The notes under the pieces: generated by a model
Told to the model about the DNA's origin: nothing
Seen by the model: the letters and a program-made list of their open reading frames with translations, nothing else
Database searches by the model: none
Program-made: the position numbers and the translations under genes
Shown here: piece by piece, positions 15,129-24,606 of the stretch
Numbering within the stretch: position 1 is the first letter of the stretch
Layout: every line of letters begins with the position of its first letter
NCBI RefSeq assembly: GCF_001644705.1
Contig: NZ_CP015137.1
Span: 4,440,001-4,472,000 of the forward strand
DNA from: Dickeya solani IPO 2222
Lineage (GTDB): Bacteria > Pseudomonadota > Gammaproteobacteria > Enterobacterales > Enterobacteriaceae
Direction: 5' to 3'
DNA: 32,000 bases

Positions 15129-15160
15129 AGCGCCTGAATGACTGTTCAGGCGCTTTTTAT
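15129..15160 (+). terminator. Rho-independent terminator of the cupin gene
   Basis: Stem AGCGCCTGAA (15129-15138), loop TGACTG, stem TTCAGGCGCT (15145-15154), then TTTTTATTT. Confidence 0.75.
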
Positions 15161-15414
15161 TTCCCGTAAAAGCCGGTTGTTATTCTTCTGTTTGGCGTGA
15201 TTGTCAATTGGCTGTCACTCCCTAGTGGCATTGTCTATTTTGCTGTGCTGCGGTGTTGGGCTATGACCGCCAGAGGTGGCGGAAAAATGTGCATTCACGG
15301 CCGCGGCAAAGTAAGCGATGCATCTTATGCTACGCTTTTATAGGTATAGCCCTTAGCGGTTACACATCATTATTGCGGAACATCGCTTAATGCGCGACTG
15401 ACAGAGAGGACAGG

Positions 15415-15663
15415 ATGGGAATCATTTCATGGGTTATTTTCGGTCTCGTTGCCGGTATTTTGGCAAAGTGGATCATGCCGGGCAGAGATGGCGGTGGTTT
15501 TATCATGACCGTGTTGCTGGGCGTGGTCGGCGCGGTGGTCGGCGGCTGGATCAGCACTTTCTTTGGTTTTGGCAAAGTCGATGGTTTTAATATCGGTAGT
15601 TTTGCGGTGGCGGTGGTCGGCGCCATTGTGGTGTTGTGGGTTTACCGTAAAGTGCGCGACTGA
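15415..15663 (+). CDS. yeaQ: GlsB/YeaQ/YmgE-family stress-induced membrane protein
   Basis: MGIISWVIFGLVAGILAKWIMPGRDGGGFIMTVLLGVVGAVVGGWISTFFGFGKVDGFN... is near-identical to E. coli YeaQ. GAGAGGA lies upstream. Confidence 0.92.
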   Translation: MGIISWVIFGLVAGILAKWIMPGRDGGGFIMTVLLGVVGAVVGGWISTFFGFGKVDGFNIGSFAVAVVGAIVVLWVYRKVRD

Positions 15664-15740
15664 GGCCGGTCGGCCGACAGTCTCTGGACAGATGACCGCG
15701 CTTTTGCCCGCGATGACTGGGCCGGGGCGTTATCCGATGG

Positions 15741-15772
15741 CATCAGGTTGTGCGGTATTGCACAACCTGATG
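15741..15772. terminator. 13-bp hairpin between convergent yeaQ and the ABC permease
   Basis: CATCAGGTTGTGC (15741-15753), loop GGTATT, GCACAACCTGATG (15760-15772). There is no strong U-run on either strand. Confidence 0.45.
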
Positions 15773-15779
15773 TCGCCTT

Positions 15780-17522
15780 TCATCGTCGTGACCATTGGCT
15801 GAGCGAAACAGCCAGTACCGATAGCAGAATCAATGCGAAAACGGGCGGCAACACCGTCCAGACGGCGCGTTCGACATAGGGCATGCCTTCCGCCAGTATG
15901 CGTCCCCATTCCGGTGTCGGCGGTTGTTCGCCTAATCCCAGAAAGCCGAGCGATGCCAGCGCCAGCGCGATGCCGGGCAGGCGCAGCATGGCATGACGGG
16001 TGACCGGTCCTATCAGCGCCGGAATGACGTAGCGTATGACGCAGGTGAAGCGGCTTAGGCCAAATAGCGGCGTGATGCGGATATACGGTTGAGCGGTGAT
16101 TTCGGTCACCAGCGACGCGGTGTGCACCGCCAGCGGCGCCCAGGCCACCAGAGCAACGGCAAGCGCTGCGCCTGATGTAGAGGGACCGTACAATGCGGCG
16201 ACCACCATGCCGGCGATCACCGGCGGCATGGCGTTGGCCACTTCGGCCGGGCCACTGAGCAGGCGAGGAAACAGCCCGAGGAGCAGGCCGAGCAGCAGGC
16301 AGCAGAGCGTCACCGCCAGTGCGGTGAACAGGGTAGATAACGCCCCGTGCGCGACCCGCGCCAGCATGTCGCGGCCTGTGGCGTCAGCGCCGAACGGCAA
16401 TGACCAGTCAGGCGGTTGCAGGCGGGCAAAGTCGGAAGCGAAGGGATCACGCGGCAGGCCGGTGAGCACTATTGCTGTCAGCAACAACGCGATGAACAAC
16501 GGCAAACGGTAATGACGGCGCGTCACTTTAATAGCGCTGGCAGGCGTAGAGAGGGAACCGTTTTCCAGCGCATGACCAAGCAGACCGCTGCGCAACAACG
16601 CCGAGCTCATCCCCGCGAGTGCCGCGATAACCAGCAGAATCAGTACGCCACATTGCAACGCCGGTAGATCCTGAGCCGCCGCTGCTCCTAATGTCGCCCG
16701 CCCCAGTCCGGGAATGGCGAACACCTTTTCCACCGCCACCGCGCCTCCGGTCAGCCCGACCAGCACCAGACTGACCTGCGGCAGAATAGCGGGCAGGGCA
16801 CGACGAATGACGCCCAGCAGGCAGTCACGACGGGAAAAGCCGGCCATATGCCAGGTCAGCAGCCAGGGCTCGCTGAATGTGGTGGTCAATGCATCGCTGA
16901 ACAGTTTACCCAGCAAGCCACCCGCCGGAATACCCAGCGCCAGCGCGGGCAGAGTCAGGTGTTGCCATGATTGCCAGCCATAAGGCGGCAACAGCTTCAA
17001 CCAGACCGCGCCGACAATCAGCAGGAACGACGCCAGCAGAAACTCCGGCATAGCTGTGAAGGCGGTGGCTAGCGCACCGTTACTGCGCCGGTTATCGCCG
17101 GTCAACCCGCGTTGTAGGGTTGGCCAACTCAGCAGCAGAGCCAGCAGGATCGCTACCGCCAATGCCGCCAGCATCAGTGTGAGTGACACGCCTGCGGCGT
17201 CCAGCATACCGGGCAACACCGGCTTGCCGGATACCCAGGACAGGCCGGCATCGCCGTGCAATAAACCGGTTAACCAGTTCCTTAAGAACGCCCACGGTCC
17301 CTGCGCCAGCCCCAGATGCTGACGAATGGCATCCAGCGCTTCCGCCGTGGCCTCCTGCTCGCTGGAACGGGCGCGCAGCAGACTGAGCGCCGGGTCGGCG
17401 TCAGACAACCAGGGCAGCAGTCCGATCAGCACGATGAGGGTCAGGGCAGTCAACAGGCGTGAGGCCATGACCAGCAGCGAGGGTCGTAGTGTTGCAGGCA
17501 ACCGAAACCACGTATCGCTCAT
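15780..17522 (-). CDS. Fused ABC permease (DppB/NikB-like plus DppC/NikC-like halves)
   Basis: 580-aa polytopic protein. The N-terminal half carries a DppB-type segment ..LGLAQGPWAFLRNWLTGLLHGDAGLSWVSGKPV.. The C-terminal half carries a DppC-type ..PFGADATGRDMLARVAHGA.. The start overlaps the SBP stop (ATGA). Confidence 0.85.
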   Translation of the reverse strand: MSDTWFRLPATLRPSLLVMASRLLTALTLIVLIGLLPWLSDADPALSLLRARSSEQEATAEALDAIRQHLGLAQGPWAFLRNWLTGLLHGDAGLSWVSGKPVLPGMLDAAGVSLTLMLAALAVAILLALLLSWPTLQRGLTGDNRRSNGALATAFTAMPEFLLASFLLIVGAVWLKLLPPYGWQSWQHLTLPALALGIPAGGLLGKLFSDALTTTFSEPWLLTWHMAGFSRRDCLLGVIRRALPAILPQVSLVLVGLTGGAVAVEKVFAIPGLGRATLGAAAAQDLPALQCGVLILLVIAALAGMSSALLRSGLLGHALENGSLSTPASAIKVTRRHYRLPLFIALLLTAIVLTGLPRDPFASDFARLQPPDWSLPFGADATGRDMLARVAHGALSTLFTALAVTLCCLLLGLLLGLFPRLLSGPAEVANAMPPVIAGMVVAALYGPSTSGAALAVALVAWAPLAVHTASLVTEITAQPYIRITPLFGLSRFTCVIRYVIPALIGPVTRHAMLRLPGIALALASLGFLGLGEQPPTPEWGRILAEGMPYVERAVWTVLPPVFALILLSVLAVSLSQWSRR

Positions 17523-19039
17523 GGCTTGGCATGTGCTCCATCGATGTGGGTCTGTACATCGATCAGGGCGCGTTCACGCGGGTCCCGGATAGCCTGACGC
17601 AAACGGGCGGATTCGCCCTGAATCACCCGCTCGTGGAGCAATGGAATAGCAGCGTTAGTCGCCAGAATCAGATTTTCGGCGGCCATGATCGCCTGGCGTC
17701 GCGCCTCTCCTGCGGGGGTGGCGGCCGCCTGTTTCAGCGCGTCGTCCACTTCTGGATTACACAGTTGCGAAATATTGAATGAGCCTTTGCAGGAAAAGTC
17801 GCTATACAGGTAAGCCACCGGATCGCCTGAATCCAGCACGGTGGCGCGAGATAAAATAAAGGCATCGAAATGGCCGGCCAGCACATCCGCTTCTATCTGC
17901 GAATATTCGCGTACCTCCTGTTTCACCGTGAAGCCGGCGGCGGTCAACTGTTGGGCCAGATAAACCGCCACTTCCGGCAACTCCGCCCGGTCGCTGAAGG
18001 TCGCCAGCGTGATCGTCGCGCCGTTCGGGGCTCGGGCTGCGGTGGGTGCCACCACCGGTTGACGCAGCGCCGCGGCCCACTGTACCGCTGGGCCAAGTAG
18101 CCCGGCCGCCACGTCAGCCCGGTTTTCATACACGTTTTTGACCAGAATATCGCGGTGGATTGCATCACGCGCTGCGGCCCGCAGACCCGGATCGCTGAAA
18201 ACACCACGCCGGGTGTTGAGGTACAGCGTGTTGGTGCGAGGCATCGGCACTTCATGCACCAGCGCTGGGTCCAGCAGCGGGGCCTGCGAAACCGGGATCG
18301 CCTCCACCAGATCGGCCGTGCCGGTGCGTAATGCGGCGGTACGGGCGGCGCTGTCCGGGACGAAATCGACATCAATGCCCGGTGCCGTGGCTTTGTTGCC
18401 CCAGTAGCCGTCAAAACGATCCAACCGAGCGCTGCTGGTGCCGTTAACCTGCGTCAGAACGAACGGGCCGGTGCCGGTTTTGACCGGGCTGACCACGCCG
18501 TTGGCGCCGTAAGCGGCGGGCGAGAGTAGGGTGAGCTGAGGGCTGGATAACCGTTGCGGCAGCAGTGGGTCGCGGGTGGCGGTTTTAATCTGCACGGTGT
18601 GAGCGTCTTCCTCTACGACACTCAGCGTTACGCCGTCAAGGATGCGTGGTTTCGGCGTGGCGTGTGTGGCGGCGGTCAGCGCATTGACCACGGCACTGGC
18701 GTTGAAATCGCTGCCGTCGTGAAATTTGACGCCGTCGCGCAGGGTAAAGCGCCAGGTGAGCGCATCCAGTTGTTGCCAGTGCGTCGCCAGCGCGGGTTGC
18801 GCATCGCCGTTGGCATCAAGCACCACCAGCGTTTCGCCGGCACGCCAGCGCGACAGCTTGAACGCATCATCGCTGAATGGCGACAATGCTGAACGCGGCG
18901 GCAGCAGCATCGCCAGCCGAATCCGCGACGAGTCTGCGCCGGTGGCGGCGGGCTCCGGTTTGTCAAAACAACCGGCAAGCAACAGGGTGGATGCCAGCGT
19001 AGCAACCACCTTCAGAGAGGGGGAGCGAAACATACGCAT
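17519..19039 (-). CDS. ABC substrate-binding lipoprotein, family 5 (peptide/nickel/opine type)
   Basis: Lipobox LLLAGC. Family-5 SBP features include ..WRFTLRDGVKFHDGSDFNA.. and ..GTGPFVL... The alternative start at 19033 has better SD spacing (AAGGA). Confidence 0.85.
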   Translation of the reverse strand: MRMFRSPSLKVVATLASTLLLAGCFDKPEPAATGADSSRIRLAMLLPPRSALSPFSDDAFKLSRWRAGETLVVLDANGDAQPALATHWQQLDALTWRFTLRDGVKFHDGSDFNASAVVNALTAATHATPKPRILDGVTLSVVEEDAHTVQIKTATRDPLLPQRLSSPQLTLLSPAAYGANGVVSPVKTGTGPFVLTQVNGTSSARLDRFDGYWGNKATAPGIDVDFVPDSAARTAALRTGTADLVEAIPVSQAPLLDPALVHEVPMPRTNTLYLNTRRGVFSDPGLRAAARDAIHRDILVKNVYENRADVAAGLLGPAVQWAAALRQPVVAPTAARAPNGATITLATFSDRAELPEVAVYLAQQLTAAGFTVKQEVREYSQIEADVLAGHFDAFILSRATVLDSGDPVAYLYSDFSCKGSFNISQLCNPEVDDALKQAAATPAGEARRQAIMAAENLILATNAAIPLLHERVIQGESARLRQAIRDPRERALIDVQTHIDGAHAKP

Positions 19040-19059
19040 TCCTTATGGTATTGGAAAGT

Positions 19060-19875
19060 TCAATCAAAAGCCGGCAGCGTCGGCACGGCCGCCAGCAATG
19101 CCTGGGTATGAAAATGGAATGGCTCGGCGAGCAGTTCTGACAGCGGGCGGTCTTCCACCAGACTGCCGTTGTACATCACCAATACCCGCTGGCAGAGTGC
19201 CGCCACGACCGACAGGTCATGGGAAACCAGCAATAATCCCATGCCATGACGGCGCGATAGCGTATCGAGCAGCGTAGTGATTTGCTGGCGCAGCGGCAGG
19301 TCGAGCCCACTCACCGGTTCGTCCGCCAGCAGAAACGCCGGGCGTAGCGCAATGGCTCTGGCAATGGCGACTCGCTGAGCCTGACCGCCGGATAGCGATT
19401 CGGCCCGCTGATGCAGCAGGGTTAACGGCAGGTCGACCTGCTCCAGCACGTCACAGACCGTCTGTTTCAGGTTTTCCGCCATCCCCAGTTGCCGCAGCGG
19501 TTCGGCGATCAGCGCGAATACCGAGGCATGCGGCGCTAACGATCCCGCCGGATCCTGTGGGATGTATTGCACCAGCCGCCGGTACCAGCGTAACCGGGCT
19601 ACGCGATCCGGCCGCACCTCGCGCCCCTGACAATGCACCGTACCCTGAATCGGCGACTCCAGCGCCAGCAAAATTTTCAGCAAGGTGGATTTGCCGCAGC
19701 CGGATGCGCCCACCAGCGCCACGCGTTCTCCCGCATGAAGGTCGAGACTGACGTGCTGCAGCGACGGAGTGGCCGTTGCCCGGCGTGTCAACATACCCGC
19801 TGTTTGATACTGGTGGCTGACCTGATGGAGTTGTAAAAAGGGGGCTTCACTTAGCATGCAAGACGCGTGGTGCAT
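19060..19875 (-). CDS. ABC transporter ATP-binding protein 2
   Basis: Walker A GASGCGKST, signature LSGGQAQR, Walker B LLADEP. The track start at 19974 overlaps the upstream ATPase by 95 nt. I prefer the ATG at 19875, 5 nt after the upstream stop; 19857 is also possible. Confidence 0.85.
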   Translation of the reverse strand: MHHASCMLSEAPFLQLHQVSHQYQTAGMLTRRATATPSLQHVSLDLHAGERVALVGASGCGKSTLLKILLALESPIQGTVHCQGREVRPDRVARLRWYRRLVQYIPQDPAGSLAPHASVFALIAEPLRQLGMAENLKQTVCDVLEQVDLPLTLLHQRAESLSGGQAQRVAIARAIALRPAFLLADEPVSGLDLPLRQQITTLLDTLSRRHGMGLLLVSHDLSVVAALCQRVLVMYNGSLVEDRPLSELLAEPFHFHTQALLAAVPTLPAFD

Positions 19876-19879
19876 AACA

Positions 19880-20683
19880 TTAACTGGCCTGTGAACATGG
19901 TGCGGATGGCGTGCGGTTCTGGCGGGGAAAAGCGGCGCCAGTGGATGCCTGACGCGCCGCCGATACCAGCGCACGGGTATAAGAATGGCGGGGATGCGTC
20001 AGCAACTGACGCATGTCGCCTTGCTCAACCAACCGGCCGTTCTCCATCACCAGCGCACGCTGGCAGATCATGGCCGCTACCGTGATGTCGTGGGTGATGA
20101 ACAGCAGGCTGGTGTGCGGAGATTGGTGCAGCCGAGCCAACAAGGTTTGCAGTACCTGCGCCTGTGTGACCACGTCCAGCGCCGTGGTGGGTTCATCGGC
20201 GATCAATAACGGACGTTCACACAGTAATGCCAGTGCAATACACAGGCGCTGACGTTGGCCGCCGGAGAGTTCGCCGGGGTAGCGCGTGAGCACGGCTTGC
20301 GGATCGGCAAAGCCGACCGCACGCAGCAAATCCGGCTGCGGCCGATGAGTCGGCTGATGTTTTAGCGCCATGCGCAGTTGCGCTTCAACAGTGAATAACG
20401 GGTTGAGCGACGTGGCTGAATCCTGAAAAATGGCCGCCGGGCGTTCATCTGGCGGGCGCTGTGACAACGGCAATCCCGTCACGTCGTGGCCCTGAAGACG
20501 AATGCTGCCGCTGAGTCGACTGCCGATAGGTAACGCGCCCAGCAGGCAACGCGCCGTCAGGGATTTGCCGGAACCGGAACCGCCCAGCAGGCAGACGCGC
20601 TCACCGGGCGCGAGGGAGAAACTGACGTCATGAATCTTGTGGTTCCCATCGATACAAAGTGTTAACTGCCTGACATCCAGCAC
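19880..20683 (-). CDS. ABC transporter ATP-binding protein 1
   Basis: Walker A GGSGSGKS, signature LSGGQRQR, Walker B LIADEP. GTG start at 20683 with GGAG 6 nt upstream. This is the first gene of the operon. Confidence 0.85.
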   Translation of the reverse strand: MLDVRQLTLCIDGNHKIHDVSFSLAPGERVCLLGGSGSGKSLTARCLLGALPIGSRLSGSIRLQGHDVTGLPLSQRPPDERPAAIFQDSATSLNPLFTVEAQLRMALKHQPTHRPQPDLLRAVGFADPQAVLTRYPGELSGGQRQRLCIALALLCERPLLIADEPTTALDVVTQAQVLQTLLARLHQSPHTSLLFITHDITVAAMICQRALVMENGRLVEQGDMRQLLTHPRHSYTRALVSAARQASTGAAFPRQNRTPSAPCSQAS

Positions 20684-20707
20684 ACGGCACTCCGAAAGTG
20701 TGAAAAT

Positions 20708-20738
20708 TTATTGCAATTATGATTATGTTATAACATAA
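20708..20738 (-). promoter_or_regulatory. Operator candidate in the ABC operon promoter: a perfect 16-bp palindrome plus Fur-like hexamers
   Basis: TTATGTTATAACATAA (20723-20738) is a perfect palindrome. On the minus strand it runs into CATAAT-CATAAT-TGCAAT (20726-20708), which resembles Fur GATAAT hexamers. The AT-rich element sits 25-55 nt upstream of the GTG start. Confidence 0.4.
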
Positions 20739-20872
20739 CACTTAAAATAAAAACCCTTATTAAAAAGGGATAAAGCACCCGGTCTTAGGCGGAAAAGTGC
20801 AGTTTGATGGGTGAACTCATGGCGACAATAAACCAGCCACCAGTAAACAGGGGGGAGATACCATTCAGAAGG

Positions 20873-20903
20873 GAAAAACAGCCAGCGCGTGAACGGCTGG
20901 CTG
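20873..20903 (-). terminator. Rho-independent terminator of yeaH
   Basis: On the minus strand, CAGCCAGC pairs with GCTGGCTG around a 9-nt loop, followed by TTTTT (plus-strand A-run 20874-20878). Confidence 0.75.
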
Positions 20904-20910
20904 CGGCAGG

Positions 20911-22185
20911 TTAGTTGTCGACGGTTTGTTTGTGGAAGATTTCTCGGAAGACAGGGTAGATATCGTCCTGATCGCGAATATGTTGCATGGCGAAATTGTC
21001 AAAGCTGTTCTGCAACATCTCATATTCCCGCCACAGCGTCTGGTGTGAACGGCGGGTAATTTCGATGTAGCTGTAGTAACGCACCATCGGCAGCAGGCGA
21101 GTGGCGAGTAATTCACGGCAAAGCGGCGAGTCGTCCGCCCAGTTGTCGCCATCGGAAGCCTGCGCGGCGTAAATATTCCATTGTGCAGGGTCGAAGCGTT
21201 CTTTGACCACGTCCTCCATCAGTTTCAGGGCGCTGGAGACAATCGTGCCGCCGGTTTCCTGAGAGTAGAAGAACTCCTGCTCATCCACTTCCTTGGCCTG
21301 CGTATGGTGGCGGATATACACCACTTCCACGTTTTTGTAAGTGCGGCTCAGGAACAGATACAACAGGATGTAAAACCGTTTGGCGATGTCCTTGGTGGCC
21401 TGATCCATGGAACCGGATACGTCCATCAAACAGAACATCACCGCCTGGCTTGACGGTTCCGGCCGGCGTTCGTAGTTCTTGTAACGCAGGTCGAACGTAT
21501 CAATAAACGGTACGCTGGCGATGCGCTGGCGCAGTTCAGCGATTTCCTGCCGCAGTCGTTCCTCCTCCAGCAACTGGACCGGCTCGGTGTTTTCCAGCAA
21601 CACCAGATCTTCTTCCCGCTGGTGAAGCTCGCGTCGTTTACCCGCGGTCATCGCCATGCGGCGCGCCAACGAGTTCTGCAGCGAACGCACCACGCTGATG
21701 TTGGCGGGGACGCCATTGGCGGTGTACCCCGCACGGTGAGTTTTGTACTCGTTGAGTTGCCGGTGTTCGGTTTTTTTCAGGTTGGGCAGCGCCAGATCCT
21801 CGAACAGCAGGTCAAGATACTCGTCTTTGGATATCTGGAACACGAACTCATCCTGCCCCTCGCCATCCTGACTGGCGTCGCCCTGACCAGATCCGCCGCC
21901 TCCGCCACCCTGAGGCCGCTCGATCTTGTCGTTTTGCACGAAGTGGTCGTTACCGGGATGTACCCGGTGACGAACCCCACCACGGCCCTGATGGAACATC
22001 GGTTCACTGATATCCGAGTTGGAGATCGAGATAGACTCTCCGTTTTCCACGTCGGTAACCGAACGCTTGTTGATGGCCCCGGCAATCGACTGTTTTATTT
22101 GCGACTTGTAGCGGCGCAAAAAGCGCTGGCGGTTAACCGCGCTTTTGTTTTTGCCGTTCAAACGCCGATCAATGAAATAGGCCAT
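20911..22185 (-). CDS. yeaH: YeaH (DUF444, vWA-like) protein
   Basis: The ATG at 22185 (after GGGGGA) gives [27 protein letters not shown]..., matching the E. coli YeaH N-terminus. It lies 36 nt downstream of yeaG. Confidence 0.93.
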   Translation of the reverse strand: MAYFIDRRLNGKNKSAVNRQRFLRRYKSQIKQSIAGAINKRSVTDVENGESISISNSDISEPMFHQGRGGVRHRVHPGNDHFVQNDKIERPQGGGGGGSGQGDASQDGEGQDEFVFQISKDEYLDLLFEDLALPNLKKTEHRQLNEYKTHRAGYTANGVPANISVVRSLQNSLARRMAMTAGKRRELHQREEDLVLLENTEPVQLLEEERLRQEIAELRQRIASVPFIDTFDLRYKNYERRPEPSSQAVMFCLMDVSGSMDQATKDIAKRFYILLYLFLSRTYKNVEVVYIRHHTQAKEVDEQEFFYSQETGGTIVSSALKLMEDVVKERFDPAQWNIYAAQASDGDNWADDSPLCRELLATRLLPMVRYYSYIEITRRSHQTLWREYEMLQNSFDNFAMQHIRDQDDIYPVFREIFHKQTVDN

Positions 22186-22221
22186 GTTTCCCCCAAACGA
22201 CATGCCTGTCGATGTACGGCA

Positions 22222-24156
22222 TCAGGATGACTTCCTCACACGCAGGTACCATTCGCACAGCAAACGCACCTGTTTGCGGGTGTAGCCTTTTTCCATCATG
22301 CGATCGACAAAGTCGTCGTGTTTTTTCTGCTCTTCCGTCGACGTTTTGGTGTTGAACGAAATCACCGGCAGCAGCTCTTCGGTATTGGAGAACATCTTCT
22401 TCTCAATGACCGTACGCAGCTTTTCATAGCTGGTCCAGTTCGGATTGCGGCCGCTGTGGCTGGCGCGGGCGCGCAACACGAAGTTGACGATCTCGTTGCG
22501 GAAGTCTTTCGGGTTGCTGATACCCGCCGGTTTTTCGATTTTCTCCAGTTCGGCGTTCAGAGACTCGCGGTCAAACAGCTGGCCGGTGTCCGGATCACGG
22601 TATTCCTGATCCTGAATCCAGAAGTCGGCATAGGTCACGTAGCGATCAAAAATGTTCTGACCGTATTCCGAGTAGGATTCAAGGTAAGCGGTCTGGATTT
22701 CCTTACCGATAAACTCAGCGTATTTCGGAATCAGGTAGCCTTTCAGGTGTTCCAGGTATTTTTCCGCTACATCCTGCGGGAACTGTTCCCGCTCAATCTG
22801 CTGTTCCAGCACGTAAAACAGGTGGACCGGGTTGGCTGCCACTTCGCTGTGATCAAAGTTGAACACGCGGGAGAGGATCTTGAAGGCGAAACGAGTGGAA
22901 AGCCCTTTCATGCCTTCGTCGACGCCGGCGTAATCGCGGTATTCCTGATACGACTTGGCCTTCGGGTCGGTATCTTTCAGGCTTTCACCATCGTATACCC
23001 GCATTTTGGAGTAGATACTGGAATTTTCCGGATCTTTCAGCCGCGACAGAATGGAAAAGCGAGCCAGTGTTTCCAGCGTGCCGGGTGCGCAGGGGGCGCG
23101 GCTCAACTCACTGTTTATCAACAGCTTGTCGTAAATTCTGACCTCTTCGGAAACTCGCAGGCAGTAAGGCACTTTGACGATGTAGACACGGTCAAGGAAC
23201 GCCTCGTTATTCTTGTTGTTACGGAACTGTACCCATTCCGATTCGTTGGAATGCGCAAGAATAATGCCGTTGAACGGCAGGGCGGCGATGCCTTCGGTGC
23301 CGTTGTAGTTGCCTTCCTGAGTCGCGGTCAGTAACGGGTGGAGTACCTTGATCGGCGCCTTGAACATTTCGACAAATTCCATCACGCCCTGGTTGGCCCG
23401 GCACAGCGCGCCAGAGTAGCCATAGGCGTCCGGGTCATTCTGGGCGAAATGCTCCAGCTGACGGATGTCCACTTTCCCGACCAGCGCAGAAATGTCCTGG
23501 TTGTTTTCATCGCCCGGTTCGGTTTTGGCGATCGCCAACTGAGCCAGAATGGACGGCCACACCTTGACGACGCGGAATTTGGTGATGTCGCCGCCGAATT
23601 CCTGCAGCCGTTTGGCCGCCCAGGGCGACATGATCGTGCCCAGATAGCGGCGCGGAATACCGTATTCTTTCTCCAGGATCAACGCGTCTTCCTGCGGGTT
23701 AAACAGGCTGAGCGGATGGTCGTTGACCGGGCTGCGCTCGCCGTTGGCGCTCAGAATGTAGATGGGAACGCGCTGCATCAGCGATTTCAACCGTTCAGCC
23801 AGCGAAGATTTACCGCCGCCCACCGGACCCAACAGATAGAGGATTTGCTTTTTCTCCTCAAGCCCTTGCGCGGCGTGTTTCAGGTAGGCGACGATTTGTT
23901 CGATGGCTTCTTCCATACCATAGAACTCTTCGAACGCAGGGTAGCGGGCAATTACCCGGTTGGAAAATAAACGAGACAGACGCGGTTCCAGAGCGGTGTC
24001 GACCATAACAGGCTCACCGATAGCCATTAACAATCGCTCAGCGGCGTTCACATACGCACTGCGATCCTGCTGGCAGATGGTAAGGAACTCTTGCAGAGTG
24101 AACTCTTCGTCTTTGGCAGCGTCGTAACGCTGGCGATAATGATCAAATATGTTCAT
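22222..24156 (-). CDS. yeaG: PrkA-family serine protein kinase YeaG
   Basis: 644 aa, the same length as E. coli YeaG. MNIFDHYRQRYDAAKDEEFTLQEFL.. and the P-loop LLGPVGGGKSS are present. The yeaG-yeaH pair is conserved. Confidence 0.95.
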   Translation of the reverse strand: MNIFDHYRQRYDAAKDEEFTLQEFLTICQQDRSAYVNAAERLLMAIGEPVMVDTALEPRLSRLFSNRVIARYPAFEEFYGMEEAIEQIVAYLKHAAQGLEEKKQILYLLGPVGGGKSSLAERLKSLMQRVPIYILSANGERSPVNDHPLSLFNPQEDALILEKEYGIPRRYLGTIMSPWAAKRLQEFGGDITKFRVVKVWPSILAQLAIAKTEPGDENNQDISALVGKVDIRQLEHFAQNDPDAYGYSGALCRANQGVMEFVEMFKAPIKVLHPLLTATQEGNYNGTEGIAALPFNGIILAHSNESEWVQFRNNKNNEAFLDRVYIVKVPYCLRVSEEVRIYDKLLINSELSRAPCAPGTLETLARFSILSRLKDPENSSIYSKMRVYDGESLKDTDPKAKSYQEYRDYAGVDEGMKGLSTRFAFKILSRVFNFDHSEVAANPVHLFYVLEQQIEREQFPQDVAEKYLEHLKGYLIPKYAEFIGKEIQTAYLESYSEYGQNIFDRYVTYADFWIQDQEYRDPDTGQLFDRESLNAELEKIEKPAGISNPKDFRNEIVNFVLRARASHSGRNPNWTSYEKLRTVIEKKMFSNTEELLPVISFNTKTSTEEQKKHDDFVDRMMEKGYTRKQVRLLCEWYLRVRKSS

Positions 24157-24606
24157 AGCGTTGCCCGTCCTTCGTCGATTAACACAGAGTAAGAGAGCGA
24201 ATGGTATGTATACAGCCTGTTTAATGGATGGCTCTCTCGGAAGAAGACCGCTTACTGAGATACAGCAACCCTTATGCCAACTTTGGTCGGCGGGAAGGGG
24301 CAGGCAACTGGCGCCCAGCTACACTCAGCGGAAATCCTCATCCTTGTTTAAAGCGTAGTTTGCATCCATAAAATTTCCTCTAATCTTTCGTCGCATTTTT
24401 AAGATATTTCAATGACTCACTTCGGTGAGGCGGCCCACAATCGGCTTTTTTATCTGCCAATGCAGCCCTGATGCGGGGTGCTGGCAGGCAGACGAAATCG
24501 TTATAACTTATGTATCTTTCACATTAATGTGATGTATGTAGGACTCCTGCGCTGCTATTCTGCTGGAAGTGATCAAATACGTAACACTGAATGGGAACCG
24601 ACAATC

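Noticed and set aside
20723-20738. Calling the ABC promoter palindrome a canonical Zur box
   Set aside because: The enterobacterial Zur box as I recall it is TGTTATAATATAACA. The palindrome here lacks the central 5 bp, so the half-site phasing differs. I kept it only as a Fur-family-like operator candidate.
22318-23334. Long antisense ORFs in the track, for example 22318-23334 (+, 338 aa) opposite yeaG, 27440-28540 (+, 366 aa) opposite gapA, 1915-2856 (-, 313 aa) opposite ptrB, and 15780-20683 region shadows
   Set aside because: They lie entirely opposite strongly supported conserved genes. They have R/G/V/H-rich low-complexity translations typical of shadow frames in GC-rich coding DNA, no SD sequences, and no recognisable motifs.
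24303-24317. Sigma54 (-24/-12) promoter upstream of yeaG on the minus strand (TGGGCGCCAGTTGCC)
   Set aside because: The GG-to-GC spacing is 10-11 nt rather than 12, and the -12 element is TTGCC in a poor context. I cannot support it without a PWM score.
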